DNA of 24,426 nt from a virus (IMGVR_UViG_3300029473_000227:1-24426); one strand, 5' to 3'; shown: positions 10,002-19,651, numbered from the stretch's first letter. Translations and numbers: made by a program. The notes: a model not told the origin generated them from the sequence alone.

Positions 10002-11419
10002 TGCCGATTCAGCAACTTCCGCTTATGAAAGGTGTCGGCAAAGACTTCCGAAACGCCGACTATATCGACTATCTGCCAGTGAATATGTTGGCTACACCAA
10101 AAGAAATCCTTAACAGCAGCGGATATCTTCGCTCATTCCCGGGAATTGCCAAACGTTCTGATGTGAACGGCGTATCGCGAGGTGTCGAGTACAACATGGC
10201 GCAGAATGCTGTTTATCGCGTTTGCGGTGGGAAGCTCTACAAAGGCGAAAGCGAAGTCGGTGACGTCGCCGGAAGTGGTCGCGTATCAATGGCACATGGT
10301 CGGACATCTCAGGCTGTAGGCGTTAATGGTCAACTGGTCGAGTATCGCTATGATGGTACGGTTAAAACCGTCTCAAACTGGCCTGCAGACAGCGGATTCA
10401 CGCAGTATGAGTTAGGCTCAGTCCGCGACATTACGCGATTACGTGGGCGTTATGCGTGGTCAAAAGACGGCACCGATTCATGGTTTATCACTGACCTTGA
10501 AGACGAATCGCATCCTGACCGCTACAGCGCACAATATCGCGCAGAGTCTCAGCCTGACGGAATCATCGGCATCGGAACATGGCGAGACTTCATCGTCTGC
10601 TTTGGTTCATCGACGATTGAATATTTCTCCCTGACGGGTGCAACCACCGTTGGTGCTGCTTTGTATGTCGCACAGCCATCTCTTATGGTGCAGAAAGGCA
10701 TTGCCGGGACTTACTGCAAAACGCCGTTCGCTGATTCTTATGCGTTCATCAGCAATCCGGCAACAGGTGCGCCGTCTGTATATATCATCGGCTCCGGTCA
10801 GGTATCACCAATCGCCAGCGCGAGCATTGAGAAAATACTACGCTCCTACACTGCTGATGAACTGGCTGATGGCGTGATGGAATCGTTGCGGTTTGATGCT
10901 CATGAGTTGCTGATTATTCACCTGCCGCGCCATGTTCTTGTTTACGACGCATCTTCAAGCGCCAATGGTCCGCAATGGTGTGTGTTGAAAACAGGCCTGT
11001 ATGACGATGTGTACCGCGCTATCGACTTCATTTACGAAGGCAATCAGATAACGTGCGGCGATAAGCTGGAATCCGTGACCGGGAAATTGCAATTCGACAT
11101 CAGCAGCCAGTACGACAAGCAACAGGAACACCTGCTGTTTACTCCACTGTTCAAAGCGGATAACGCCAGAGTGTTCGACCTTGAGGTTGAATCGTCAACT
11201 GGCGTTGCGCAGTATGCTGACCGCCTTTTTCTCTCTGCAACCACTGACGGCATCAATTACGGGCGTGAGCAGATGATTGAGCAGAATGAACCGTTCGTTT
11301 ACGACAAACGTGTTTTGTGGAAGCGAGTCGGGCGCATCAGGAAAAATGTCGGCTTCAAATTGCGCGTTATCACGAAGTCACCTGTCACTCTGTCAGGCTG
11401 CCAGATAAGGATTGAGTAA
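10001..11419 (+). CDS. gp10-like tail accessory protein
   Basis: 472 aa, same as P22 gp10; [16 protein letters not shown]... C-terminus [14 protein letters not shown] coupling with gp4. Confidence 0.9.
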   Translation: MPIQQLPLMKGVGKDFRNADYIDYLPVNMLATPKEILNSSGYLRSFPGIAKRSDVNGVSRGVEYNMAQNAVYRVCGGKLYKGESEVGDVAGSGRVSMAHGRTSQAVGVNGQLVEYRYDGTVKTVSNWPADSGFTQYELGSVRDITRLRGRYAWSKDGTDSWFITDLEDESHPDRYSAQYRAESQPDGIIGIGTWRDFIVCFGSSTIEYFSLTGATTVGAALYVAQPSLMVQKGIAGTYCKTPFADSYAFISNPATGAPSVYIIGSGQVSPIASASIEKILRSYTADELADGVMESLRFDAHELLIIHLPRHVLVYDASSSANGPQWCVLKTGLYDDVYRAIDFIYEGNQITCGDKLESVTGKLQFDISSQYDKQQEHLLFTPLFKADNARVFDLEVESSTGVAQYADRLFLSATTDGINYGREQMIEQNEPFVYDKRVLWKRVGRIRKNVGFKLRVITKSPVTLSGCQIRIE

Positions 11420-12372
11420 TGGCTGATTCGAATCTCAATGTGCCGGTGATCATCCAGGCTACGCGGCTCGATACATCAGTTCTTCCACGCAATATCTTCT
11501 CGCAGTCGTATCTGCTGTACGTTATTGCACAGGGTGCTGATGTTGGTAACGTGGCTAACAAGGCCAACGAGGCCGGACAGGGCGCTTATGATGCACAAGT
11601 CAGGAACGATGAGCAGGATGTCACCCTTGCAGACCATGAATCCAGAATTGAAGCTGCTGAAGCAACTCTCATCAATCATGAACATAGAATTGCAGCAGCG
11701 GAAAGCACTCTTGCAGATCATGAAACAAGGATTACGGCTGCTGAAACAGAGCTGGCTGATCACGAGACGCGAATTGCTGCCAATGAATCTGAGTTAGCAA
11801 ACCATGATGCGCGCATAACTCAGAATACAACCGATATCGACGCACTTGATACCAGGCTCACAGCGGCAGAGGGAAGTATTTCGACGCTACAAAGCACAGT
11901 TGGTGATCACTCAACAAGAATATCTGCGCTTGAGTATGCCACCACGCGCAAGAAATCAGAGGTTGTTTACTCAGGGGTATCGGTAACAATTCCGACAGCG
12001 CCTACCAACCTTGTTAGCCTGCTGAAAACGCTCACGCCGTCATCCGGCACGTTGGCACCATTCTTCGACACCGTTAACAACAAGATGGTTGTGTTCAACG
12101 AGAACAAAACCCTGTTCTTCAAGCTGTCGATTGTCGGGACGTGGCCCAGTGGAACCGCCAACAGGTCAATGCAGCTAACCTTTTCCGGCTCTGTTCCTGA
12201 CACACTGGTAAGCAGTCGCAACTCGGCGACAACGACCGATAACATCCTGTTAGCTACGTTCTTCAGCGTGGATAAAGACGGCTTTCTTGCCACAAATGGC
12301 AGCACGTTAACCATTCAGTCGAATGGTGCGTCGTTTACTGCCACAACCATCAAGATAATCGCGGAGCAGTAA
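11419..12372 (+). CDS. tail needle (gp26-like) with extended C-terminal knob domain
   Basis: 317 aa; N-terminus [39 protein letters not shown] matches P22 gp26; five degenerate 14-residue coiled-coil repeats; C-terminal about 150 residues unlike P22. Confidence 0.85.
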   Translation: MADSNLNVPVIIQATRLDTSVLPRNIFSQSYLLYVIAQGADVGNVANKANEAGQGAYDAQVRNDEQDVTLADHESRIEAAEATLINHEHRIAAAESTLADHETRITAAETELADHETRIAANESELANHDARITQNTTDIDALDTRLTAAEGSISTLQSTVGDHSTRISALEYATTRKKSEVVYSGVSVTIPTAPTNLVSLLKTLTPSSGTLAPFFDTVNNKMVVFNENKTLFFKLSIVGTWPSGTANRSMQLTFSGSVPDTLVSSRNSATTTDNILLATFFSVDKDGFLATNGSTLTIQSNGASFTATTIKIIAEQ

Positions 12373-12827
12373 TGATTCAGTTCAAACCAACGCGAAACAT
12401 CGACCTGATAGAAGCCGTGGGAAATCACCCCGACATTATCACCGGGAGCAACAACGGTGATGGATACGACTACAAGCCTGAATGCCGTTACTTCGAGGTG
12501 AACGTGCACGGGCAGTTCGGCGGCATTGTTTACTATCAGGAGATTCAGCCGCTTACATTCGATTGCCACGCCATGTACCTGCCAGAGGTTCGTGGATTCA
12601 GCAAGGAAATCGGGATGGCGTTCTGGCGATACATTCTTACTAACACCACCGTTCAGTGCATCACATCGTTCGCCGCACGCAAATTCCGCCACGGGCAGAT
12701 TTACTGCGCAATGATTGGCCTTAAGCGTGTCGGAACCATCAAGAAATACTTCAAAGGCGTGGATGACGTGACATTTTACAGTGCTACACGCGAAGAACTA
12801 ATCGAATTCCTGAATCACGGGAGATAG
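12372..12827 (+). CDS. gp14-position protein (head-completion/ejection accessory), assigned by synteny
   Basis: 151 aa; TAATG coupling with the needle gene; sequence not recognised from memory. Confidence 0.55.
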   Translation: MIQFKPTRNIDLIEAVGNHPDIITGSNNGDGYDYKPECRYFEVNVHGQFGGIVYYQEIQPLTFDCHAMYLPEVRGFSKEIGMAFWRYILTNTTVQCITSFAARKFRHGQIYCAMIGLKRVGTIKKYFKGVDDVTFYSATREELIEFLNHGR

Positions 12828-12829
12828 CC

Positions 12830-13525
12830 ATGTTATATGCATTTAAGCTGGGCAGAAAACTGCGCGGCGAGGAACCTTATTGCCCTGAAAAAGGCGGGAA
12901 AGGTGGCAGTTCTGATAAAAGCGCAAAGTATGCCGCAGAAGCTCAGAAGTATGCAGCAGACCTGCAAAATCAGCAGTTCAACACCATCATGAACAACCTG
13001 AAGCCGTTTACTCCTCTGGCTGATAAGTATGTCGGCAGCCTCGAGAACTTATCGTCTCTGGAAGGGCAAGGTCAGGCACTTAACCAGTATTACAACTCTC
13101 AGCAGTACAAAGATCTTGCTGGTCAGGCTCGCTATCAGAGTCTGGCGGCAGCGGAAGCAACAGGTGGATTGGGTTCCACTGCAACCGGTAATCAGTTAGC
13201 AACAATCGCACCAACGCTTGGTCAGCAATGGCTATCTGGTCAGATGAACAACTACCAGAATCTGGCAAATATTGGTCTTGGCGCACTGCAAGGTCAGGCA
13301 AACGCCGGGCAGACATATGCCAACAACATGAGTCAGATTTCGCAGCAAAGTGCGGCTCTTGCAGCGGCAAATGCCAACAGACCATCAGCAATGCAATCTG
13401 CTATTGGCGGAGGTGCGTCTGGTGCTATTGCTGGGGCTGGACTTGCGAAATTAATTGGTTCATCAACTCCGTGGGGTGCTGGTATCGGTGCTGGTATCGG
13501 TCTGCTTGGTTCACTGCTTTATTAA
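12830..13525 (+). CDS. ejection protein gp7-like
   Basis: 231 aa; MLYAFKLGRKLRGEEPYCPEKGGKGG N-terminus, Gln/Ala/Gly-rich body, hydrophobic Gly-rich C-terminus. Confidence 0.8.
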   Translation: MLYAFKLGRKLRGEEPYCPEKGGKGGSSDKSAKYAAEAQKYAADLQNQQFNTIMNNLKPFTPLADKYVGSLENLSSLEGQGQALNQYYNSQQYKDLAGQARYQSLAAAEATGGLGSTATGNQLATIAPTLGQQWLSGQMNNYQNLANIGLGALQGQANAGQTYANNMSQISQQSAALAAANANRPSAMQSAIGGGASGAIAGAGLAKLIGSSTPWGAGIGAGIGLLGSLLY

Positions 13526-13535
13526 GGGGTAATCA

Positions 13536-14900
13536 ATGGCTACGTGGCAACAGGGTATTAATTCTGGTGGTTTTCTGGCTGGCATCGGTACGCAAAATGA
13601 GAATGCGCCAAAGGCAAGCGACATTAACGCAACGCTTGGTATGATCCGCGAAAACAATGAACTGGCTCGCTCAGGTGCAAATAACGTTGGCCTGACCGCG
13701 TTACGTGGTCTGGCTGGAGTTGCTGATATTTACAATCAGGAACAGCAACAGAAAGCTATTAGTGCGTTCAATAAGGTTCACGCTGATGCATGGGCTTCTG
13801 GTGATCCATCGGGACTATTTAAGTTTGCCCAGGAAAATCCAGCGTTTGTTGCACAGGCACAACAGGCGTTTTCCGGTCTTAATGATCAGCAACGCAACGA
13901 TATGGGCGATTTAGCCATGAGGGCTAACGTCGCTCTTTCTCAGGGACCGGAAGCCTACAGTAAATTCATTACTGACAACAAGGACAGGTTAAATCGCGTT
14001 GGTGCTAATGCTGACTGGATGATTCAGACAGGTATCCAGAATCCAGAGCAGCTATCACACATGCTGACTACTATGTCTCTCGGTGCGCTTGGACCAGAAA
14101 AGGCGTTTGCTGTTCAGGATAAGATGGTTGGTCGTGAGATTGACCGAGGCCAGCTGGCAGAGACAATCCGCAGCAATAAGGCTGGAGAGGCGCTAACAGC
14201 ACGTGGTCAGAATATCACGATGCGCGGTCAGGATTTATCGATGCAGAGAGCATCAATGAAAGGGTCGGTTGGGAATAATGAGCGTACAGTTCAGTTAGCA
14301 GATGGCAGAACTGTAACGGTAGGCGGGAAGCTTCACGGCGCTGGGGCTAATGCGTTCTACGAAGGTATCGACAACGAGGGGAATATGGTTCGCGTTCCTG
14401 CTGGCTCTATTGCCGCTCCGGCTACATCGGCAGCAAGCGCGCAGAATTACGCAATGAAGAAAGATCTTGATGCAATTTCTGGTGCATCAATTGACGATCT
14501 TGGCTTCATGACTGGCATTACAGGCTCTTCAGGTTCTCCTGCTCTTGGTGCAGATATTCGTAGCCGTGCATCTGGTGGTGATCAGAGGAAACTATACAAC
14601 GCTGCACAGCGAATCCAAGGAAAGATGCAGAATCAGGGCATTGCAGCAGCCAGAGACATGGGGGCATCCGGTATCAACACCGTTGCAGAAGCAAAGATGT
14701 ATTTTCAAGGTATGCCACAGGTTGATTTCTCAAGCCCTGAAGCACTGCAACAATCAATGCGCGACATTCAGCAATATACCGACAATTACAACCAACAATA
14801 TAACGTTAATGTTGGTAAATCTCAGCGGCAGCAATCTCAACCTACACAGGTATCACAGCCAGCAGCCAGCAGTAACTTTTCTTCACTATGGGGTGATTAA
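13536..14900 (+). CDS. ejection protein gp20-like
   Basis: 454 aa; position and size consistent with P22 gp20 (about 470 aa). Confidence 0.8.
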   Translation: MATWQQGINSGGFLAGIGTQNENAPKASDINATLGMIRENNELARSGANNVGLTALRGLAGVADIYNQEQQQKAISAFNKVHADAWASGDPSGLFKFAQENPAFVAQAQQAFSGLNDQQRNDMGDLAMRANVALSQGPEAYSKFITDNKDRLNRVGANADWMIQTGIQNPEQLSHMLTTMSLGALGPEKAFAVQDKMVGREIDRGQLAETIRSNKAGEALTARGQNITMRGQDLSMQRASMKGSVGNNERTVQLADGRTVTVGGKLHGAGANAFYEGIDNEGNMVRVPAGSIAAPATSAASAQNYAMKKDLDAISGASIDDLGFMTGITGSSGSPALGADIRSRASGGDQRKLYNAAQRIQGKMQNQGIAAARDMGASGINTVAEAKMYFQGMPQVDFSSPEALQQSMRDIQQYTDNYNQQYNVNVGKSQRQQSQPTQVSQPAASSNFSSLWGD

Positions 14901-16765
14901 TGGCTAAAGCATGGAAAGATGTTATCGCCTCTCCACAGTATCAGGCGTTAACTGAAGAACAGAAAGCACAGGCTCAAGCGCAATATTTTGATGAGGTTGT
15001 TGCCCCTAAGGCTGGTGACAAATGGGCTGAAGCAAGAGATCAGTTTTATGCAGCATACCCTCCGCCTCAGCAGCAGAAAGAAGAACCATCATTGATGCAA
15101 CAAGCTGGCGATTGGCTCACTGGTGGTCAAAGTGCAGGGCAAATTGCAGAGCAGGCTGGTCGTGGTCTGGTAAACATACCATTTGACGTATTGCAGGGTG
15201 GCGCAAGTCTGATTAATGCAATCAGCCAGGGGCTTGGTGGCCCCAAGGTTTTGGACGATGTCTATCGTCCAGTAGATCGACCAACAGACCCTTATGCGCA
15301 AGCTGGAGAAACAATTGGCGGGTATTTAGTTCCAGGAGTTGGAACGGCAGGAAGCATGGCTATTGGATCACTGGCAGAGGCCGCAAATCAGAAAGGCGAT
15401 TTCGCACAAAATGCAGCTAAAAATGCCGGAGTTAACCTTGCCGCTCAGGGGGTTCTTTCCGCAGCAGCAAAGGGAATAGGGCGTGGAATTACTGCTGTTC
15501 GTGGCGAAATATCACCAGCAGATCAGCAATTTCTCAAGCGTGCCGCTGCGGCAGATGTACCAGTTATGACATCGGATGTAGTTCCTCCAAAAACAAAACT
15601 TGGCAATCAACTGCAGGGTTACTCAGAAGGAGTCATAGCTGGGACTGGACCAATGAGAGCCGCACAGCAGGATGCTAGAACCAAGCTTGTTAATCGCTTC
15701 ACCGAAAAATACGGCGACTACGATCCATCTGTAGTCGTTGATAGTCTAAAGTCAGGCGTTGCAAGGGAAAAATCGTTAGCCAAGTCAAAACTAAACAACC
15801 TGTCAGGAAGAATGGTTGGAAAGCCAGTTGATACAAGTGGCGCCATAAGAGCTATCGACGGAGCAGTAAACGAACTTGGGAAACTTAAAGGTGTTTCTGA
15901 CACCCAGACCATTTCTGCGCTTAATGATTATAAGAATGCCATTCAGGAGATAACAAATGGAGATGATGCCTTTGAGTTACTTGATAAGCTGAGAACTCAG
16001 TTCCGCATTGACGTAAAAGGCGATCGTACAGTTCTGCCATCAATGTCGCAAACAATGGTCGACAGGGTCTACAACTCGCTAACCAATAGCCTTAGTAAAT
16101 CTATAGCGAAAGGACTTAGCCCAAAAGATGCTTCAGCATGGAGAGCGGGAAAAGCTGATTATGCAAAAATGGCAACACATGCAACTCAAACGCGCCTTAA
16201 AAACGTTCTAAATAAAGGAGATTTAACTCCCGAGGTTGTAAATACCATTGTGTATGGACAATATGGGTCAGATATAGCTCGATTGTACGGGAAACTCGAT
16301 CAAAAAGGTAAAGACATGCTAAGGGCGGCATATATCAGCAAAATAGCTGACAAGGTAGGTGACAGCCCTCAGAAAATGATGACCGAGCTTGGCAAGCTGC
16401 AAAAACAAGCAAATGGTCAGGTGTTTAAAACTGTATTTGGTGGGAAGAACGGAAAAGAGATAGAGGGGATGTTATCTATTCTCGATGCTACCAAAAGAGC
16501 ATCTGAGGCTAATGTTGTGACGAAGACTGGCATGACACTCGCGCCTTTGGTAAGGGTTATTGGTAACCTAAAAACCGGAGGCGCGCTATTGGCTGGGGAA
16601 ACAGGGATTGGCCTTATGTCGAGGGTTTATGAAAGCCCTATGTCCAGGAATGCGCTCTTACGTCTGGCAAACACCAAAGCAGGAACGCCAGACTATGAAA
16701 GAGCATTAAGTAACGCTGCAAATGCCATCAGACCGCTGCTTGCCACTGAGGCAACACAGCAGTGA
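14900..16765 (+). CDS. ejection protein gp16-like
   Basis: 621 aa; TAATG coupling with gp20; last gene of the morphogenetic operon before the accessory cassette. Confidence 0.8.
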   Translation: MAKAWKDVIASPQYQALTEEQKAQAQAQYFDEVVAPKAGDKWAEARDQFYAAYPPPQQQKEEPSLMQQAGDWLTGGQSAGQIAEQAGRGLVNIPFDVLQGGASLINAISQGLGGPKVLDDVYRPVDRPTDPYAQAGETIGGYLVPGVGTAGSMAIGSLAEAANQKGDFAQNAAKNAGVNLAAQGVLSAAAKGIGRGITAVRGEISPADQQFLKRAAAADVPVMTSDVVPPKTKLGNQLQGYSEGVIAGTGPMRAAQQDARTKLVNRFTEKYGDYDPSVVVDSLKSGVAREKSLAKSKLNNLSGRMVGKPVDTSGAIRAIDGAVNELGKLKGVSDTQTISALNDYKNAIQEITNGDDAFELLDKLRTQFRIDVKGDRTVLPSMSQTMVDRVYNSLTNSLSKSIAKGLSPKDASAWRAGKADYAKMATHATQTRLKNVLNKGDLTPEVVNTIVYGQYGSDIARLYGKLDQKGKDMLRAAYISKIADKVGDSPQKMMTELGKLQKQANGQVFKTVFGGKNGKEIEGMLSILDATKRASEANVVTKTGMTLAPLVRVIGNLKTGGALLAGETGIGLMSRVYESPMSRNALLRLANTKAGTPDYERALSNAANAIRPLLATEATQQ

Positions 16766-16782
16766 CTAAATGCCATGGATGG

Positions 16783-16971
16783 TTATTTCCCTAGCACATG
16801 AAACAATGTTTGCTTTAATTCCACCCATACAATTATGACCACTATAGACAGACAAAAGAAACTGAATGCATTGGCATCACGATCGAAACCTTCTCCGGCA
16901 CTAAATCCGTAAAAGGTCATAAAAAATATAAAAATTGCGCACTTTGCAACGTTTACAAATTTTTTCTTCAC
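16783..16971 (-). CDS. small hydrophobic membrane protein (two predicted TM segments), moron
   Basis: 62 aa from GTG at 16971; strong AAGGAGG 5 nt upstream on the minus strand (plus-strand cctcctt at 16977-16983); AT-rich. Confidence 0.5.
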   Translation of the reverse strand: MKKKFVNVAKCAIFIFFMTFYGFSAGEGFDRDANAFSFFCLSIVVIIVWVELKQTLFHVLGK

Positions 16972-17089
16972 ACCAACCTCCTTAGTTTTGAGCAGGATAC
17001 CATGAAAAAAGTAAACATCTTTTGCCTACTTCACATTTGAATGTTTTGTCATTAGGATGTTTCCGGTTTTTTTAAATATGGAAATTGAT

Positions 17090-17509
17090 ATGAAGAGGAT
17101 TATTAGCGTCGTTGCTGGCGTTATCATGTTATCTGGGTGCGCAACTATTGTTGGTGATGAAACGCAACTTGTGCAAGTGAACAGCAATCCTTCTGGCGCG
17201 AGCTTTAAGGTAAAAGATGAATCTGGTGTGATTGTTGCGCAAGGTAAGACTCCACAAGGTGTAACACTCGCCAAGTCAGATGGTAGCTTTTTTGGCAAAA
17301 AGAGCTACCAGATCACTATGGAGAAGGATGGGTACGAACCAGTTACCCTGCCAATCAAAGCCAATGCTAATGGTTGGTATATTGGTGGGAACCTTGTGTT
17401 TGGTGGGTTAATTGGTTGGCTTGCTGTAGATCCATTTAATGGTGGGATGTATACCTTGAAGCCAAAAGAGGCAAACGCATCTCTTATACCATCAACAAAT
17501 CAAGACTAA
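17090..17509 (+). CDS. lipoprotein with PEGA-like domain and C-terminal glycine-zipper segment
   Basis: Signal peptide MKRIISVVAGVIMLSGC with lipobox; PEGA-like motifs (NSNPSGASF...GKTPQGV...EKDGYEPVTL); Gly-rich hydrophobic stretch GWYIGGNLVFGGLIGWLAV. Start ambiguous (17057, 17078 or 17090). Confidence 0.7.
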   Translation: MKRIISVVAGVIMLSGCATIVGDETQLVQVNSNPSGASFKVKDESGVIVAQGKTPQGVTLAKSDGSFFGKKSYQITMEKDGYEPVTLPIKANANGWYIGGNLVFGGLIGWLAVDPFNGGMYTLKPKEANASLIPSTNQD

Positions 17510-17515
17510 TAAATA

Positions 17516-17540
17516 GGACCCACCATCAGGTGGGTTTTTT
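17516..17540. terminator. palindromic hairpin with T-run; candidate bidirectional terminator
   Basis: Stem cccacc / ggtggg, loop atca, six T residues on the plus strand; the mnt stop codon (plus-strand tca at 17526-17528) sits in the loop. Confidence 0.65.
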
Positions 17541-17777
17541 GTACAAATCCTTCAGCGTATCAAACACCATCTTCTTAACAAGATCTGACTGCTCATCAGC
17601 GAGTCGTTCTGCATCGTCACGATATCCAGTCACAGGCGATGGTTTTGATAGAGCATCTTGGACGATTTGTAACAACTCGGAGTTCATTGATCTCCCATTC
17701 GCCTCCGCCCTGAATTTTAATTTCTCCCTTACTTCCATAGGCATACGGAAGTTAAAGTGCGGATCATCTCTAGCCAT
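17526..17777 (-). CDS. mnt: Mnt repressor (ribbon-helix-helix), immI region
   Basis: 83 aa, MARDDPHFNFRMPMEVREKLKFRAEANGRSMNSELLQIVQDAL..., matching recalled P22 Mnt; divergent from arc. Confidence 0.93.
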   Translation of the reverse strand: MARDDPHFNFRMPMEVREKLKFRAEANGRSMNSELLQIVQDALSKPSPVTGYRDDAERLADEQSDLVKKMVFDTLKDLYKKPT

Positions 17778-17799
17778 GCCATCACTCCAAGTTAGTGTA

Positions 17800-17828
17800 T
17801 TGACATGATAGAAGCACTCTACTATATT
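17800..17828 (+). promoter_or_regulatory. Pant promoter (-35 TTGACA 17800-17805, 17-bp spacer, -10 TATATT 17823-17828)
   Basis: Near-consensus sigma-70 hexamers read directly; Arc operator lies between them, Mnt operator just downstream, as described for P22 immI. Confidence 0.8.
17805..17825. promoter_or_regulatory. Arc operator (Oarc)
   Basis: Sequence atgatagaagcactctactat matches the P22 arc operator as recalled; sits between the Pant -35 and -10. Confidence 0.8.
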
Positions 17829-17833
17829 CTCAA
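17805..17833 (-). promoter_or_regulatory. Pmnt promoter (minus strand: -35 TTGAGA, 17-bp spacer, -10 TATCAT)
   Basis: Reverse complement of 17828-17833 is TTGAGA and of 17805-17810 is TATCAT; divergent and overlapping with Pant, consistent with P22. Confidence 0.6.
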
Positions 17834-17852
17834 TAGGTCCACGGTGGACCTA
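17834..17852. promoter_or_regulatory. Mnt operator (Omnt), perfect palindrome
   Basis: taggtccacggtggaccta, a 19-bp perfect inverted repeat overlapping the Pant start region. Confidence 0.85.
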
Positions 17853-17867
17853 TATTGTGAGGTGAAT

Positions 17868-18029
17868 ATGAAAGGAATGAGCAAGATGCCGCAGTTCAAT
17901 TTGCGGTGGCCTAAAGAAGTATTGGATTTGGTACGCAAGGTGGCGGAAGAGAATGGTCGGTCTGTTAACTCTGAGATTTATCAGAGAGTAATGGAAAGCT
18001 TTAAGAAGGAAGGGCGCATTGGCGCGTAA
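17868..18029 (+). CDS. arc: Arc repressor (ribbon-helix-helix)
   Basis: 53 aa, [53 protein letters not shown], essentially P22 Arc; GAGGTGA RBS. The ORF-track N-terminal extension from 17805 is rejected. Confidence 0.95.
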   Translation: MKGMSKMPQFNLRWPKEVLDLVRKVAEENGRSVNSEIYQRVMESFKKEGRIGA

Positions 18030-18097
18030 AGTTGAAGCCCCAACTGCGGGAACAGTCAGGGCTTCGGTTGTCAGTAAATCCGTGGAGAAAAACCAAC
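18030..18097 (-). ncRNA. sar: putative sar antisense RNA (complementary to the arc-ant intercistronic region and ant RBS)
   Basis: By analogy with P22 sar (about 68 nt). Minus-strand -10-like TATACT (plus 18104-18109) at the ant start; hairpin gaagccc...gggcttc in the intergenic region. Ends not determined. Confidence 0.35.
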
Positions 18098-19000
18098 ATG
18101 AATAGTATAGCAATTTTAGAAGCAGTGAACACCTCTTACGTACCATTCAACGGTCAGCAAATTATCACCGCCATGGCTGCCGGAGTTGCATACGTTGCGA
18201 TGAAGCCAATCGTTGAAAACCTTGGAATGAGTTGGGGTACTCAGCAACAAAAACTTATGAAACAACTAGATAAGTTCAACTGTATTCATATGAATATGGT
18301 TGCCGCTGATGGGAAGCTTCGTAAGCTACTCTGCCTTCCTTTGAAGAAGTTAAATGGATGGCTGTTCAGCATCAACCCTGAGAAAGTTCGAGCTGACATC
18401 CGCGATAAACTGATTCAGTACCAGGAGGAATGCTTTAGCGTGCTGCATGACTACTGGACAAAGGGAAAGGCAGAAAATGCACGTAAGAAAACATCTGTTG
18501 ATGACAGGACTCCGCTTCGTGATGCTGTAAATATGCTGGTCAGCAAAAAGCATCTAATGTACCCAGAAGCTTATGCAATGATTCATCAGCGTTTCAATGT
18601 GGAAAGTATTGAAGAGCTTGATGCATCTCAGATACCGCAAGCCGTAGAGTACATCCACAGGGTAGTGCTTGAAGGTGAGTTCATTGGCAAACAAGAGAAG
18701 AAAACCAACGAGCTTTCTGCAAAAGAAGCAAACAGCCTTGTATGGTTATGGGATTATGCCAACCGCTCACAGGCATTATTCCGCGAACTGTATCCGGCGC
18801 TGAAACAAATTCAATCGAACTATTCCGGCAGATGCTACGACTACGGTCATGAATTCTCGTATGTTATCGGAATGGCGAGAGACGTTTTAATCAATCACAC
18901 ACGAGATGTTGATATCAATGAGCCAGACGGACCAGCGAATCTTTCCGCATGGATGAGACTTAAGAATAAAGAATTACCTCCTTCAGTACATAACTACTGA
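18098..19000 (+). CDS. ant: antirepressor Ant
   Basis: 300 aa from ATG 18098 (GGAG 18084-18087); N-terminus [21 protein letters not shown]; follows mnt-arc as in P22. Confidence 0.9.
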   Translation: MNSIAILEAVNTSYVPFNGQQIITAMAAGVAYVAMKPIVENLGMSWGTQQQKLMKQLDKFNCIHMNMVAADGKLRKLLCLPLKKLNGWLFSINPEKVRADIRDKLIQYQEECFSVLHDYWTKGKAENARKKTSVDDRTPLRDAVNMLVSKKHLMYPEAYAMIHQRFNVESIEELDASQIPQAVEYIHRVVLEGEFIGKQEKKTNELSAKEANSLVWLWDYANRSQALFRELYPALKQIQSNYSGRCYDYGHEFSYVIGMARDVLINHTRDVDINEPDGPANLSAWMRLKNKELPPSVHNY

Positions 19001-19018
19001 CAGATAACCAACGCAACG

Positions 19019-19042
19019 ACCCAGCTTCGGCTGGGTTTTTTT
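19019..19042 (+). terminator. Rho-independent terminator after ant
   Basis: Stem acccagc / gctgggt, loop ttcg, seven T residues. Confidence 0.75.
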
Positions 19043-19100
19043 ATGCCCAAAATTCACCGTAGCCATGCTGCGGCGATTCCTTGTATCTGGAGCAAATTAA

Positions 19101-19163
19101 ATGACAGACATTACCTACTCAACAGATGGTCAGCAACCATGTTTGCTGCCTTATAAGCTATAG
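19101..19163 (+). pseudogene. stranded ancestral tailspike 5' end (RBS + ATG ACA GAC ATT ACC = MTDIT) truncated by the HNH cassette
   Basis: GGAG at 19089-19092 then ATG 19101; the first five codons equal the P22 tailspike N-terminus MTDIT; frame terminates after 20 codons; the HNH stop codon (19111-19113) overlaps it. Confidence 0.55.
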
Positions 19164-19611
19164 CCGCTTCATCAATGGTGTTGAATCTCCCAAGGGTTAT
19201 GTTTTTACCTGAGACATTTATCTGAGCTTGCCATTGATTTCTGGCTTGACAGAAAGTTACCCCCTTGATTCCAGCATTGCTATTTCGAGGTCCGACATTT
19301 AATGCATTTACGACTCTGCTAACATCCCTAAGGTTTGAGATTGCGTTATTTCTTCTGTTTCTATCAATGTGGTCAATCTCTTGTTTGGGCCATTCGCCAT
19401 ATACATACAGCCAGGCAAGTCTATGTGCAAAATATCTTACGCCATCAATATTAATCGCGTTATATCCATAAGAAATTGTGCCAGCAACTTTCCCAACAGC
19501 ACCTCTGGCGCTTAATTTCTTTTTCCAAGTGAAAATTCCTGTTTCTTTATTGTAATCGAGAACCTCCATAAGGCGATCCCGAGTTACTACCTCGTGACGT
19601 CTCTTACTCAT
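19111..19611 (-). CDS. HNH homing endonuclease with C-terminal AP2 DNA-binding domain
   Basis: 166 aa from ATG 19611 (GGAG 8 nt upstream; the ORF track starts at TTG 19653); HNH motif [27 protein letters not shown]2-like [44 protein letters not shown]. Confidence 0.85.
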   Translation of the reverse strand: MSKRRHEVVTRDRLMEVLDYNKETGIFTWKKKLSARGAVGKVAGTISYGYNAINIDGVRYFAHRLAWLYVYGEWPKQEIDHIDRNRRNNAISNLRDVSRVVNALNVGPRNSNAGIKGVTFCQARNQWQAQINVSGKNITLGRFNTIDEAAIAYKAANMVADHLLSR

Positions 19612-19651
19612 TATTTTCTCCGGAATGTTTATTATGCCAGAACAATTATAC
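19114..19651 (-). mobile_element. homing-endonuclease cassette inserted into the tailspike 5' coding region (approximate limits)
   Basis: Contains the HNH ORF, its RBS and a perfect minus-strand TATAAT (plus 19645-19650); flanked on the left by the ancestral tailspike start and on the right by the resumption of conserved tailspike codons (NVVVS at 19652). Confidence 0.6.

Noticed and set aside
11967-12692. Long minus-strand ORFs (115 and 125 aa) antisense to the needle and gp14 genes
   Set aside because: They are antisense to a tightly coupled structural operon, with no RBS or promoter signals; likely frame artefacts.
13228-13644. 138-aa Cys/Trp-rich ORF in an alternative frame across the gp7-gp20 junction
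   Set aside because: It is wholly contained in the other frame of well-supported ejection-protein genes, has no RBS, and its odd composition is typical of an out-of-frame read-through.
17805-17867. N-terminal extension of arc in the ORF track (MIEALYYILNRSTVDLYCEVN...)
   Set aside because: The ATG at 17805 lies inside the Arc operator and Pant promoter. The established Arc protein starts at MKGMSKM (17868), which has a proper RBS.
19101-19651. Possibility that the HNH insert is a group I intron or intein interrupting the tailspike
   Set aside because: The HNH ORF is on the opposite strand and fills almost the entire insert, leaving no room for a ribozyme core. No omega-G is present at the predicted 3' junction. 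The upstream frame hits a stop after 20 codons, so it is not an in-frame intein.
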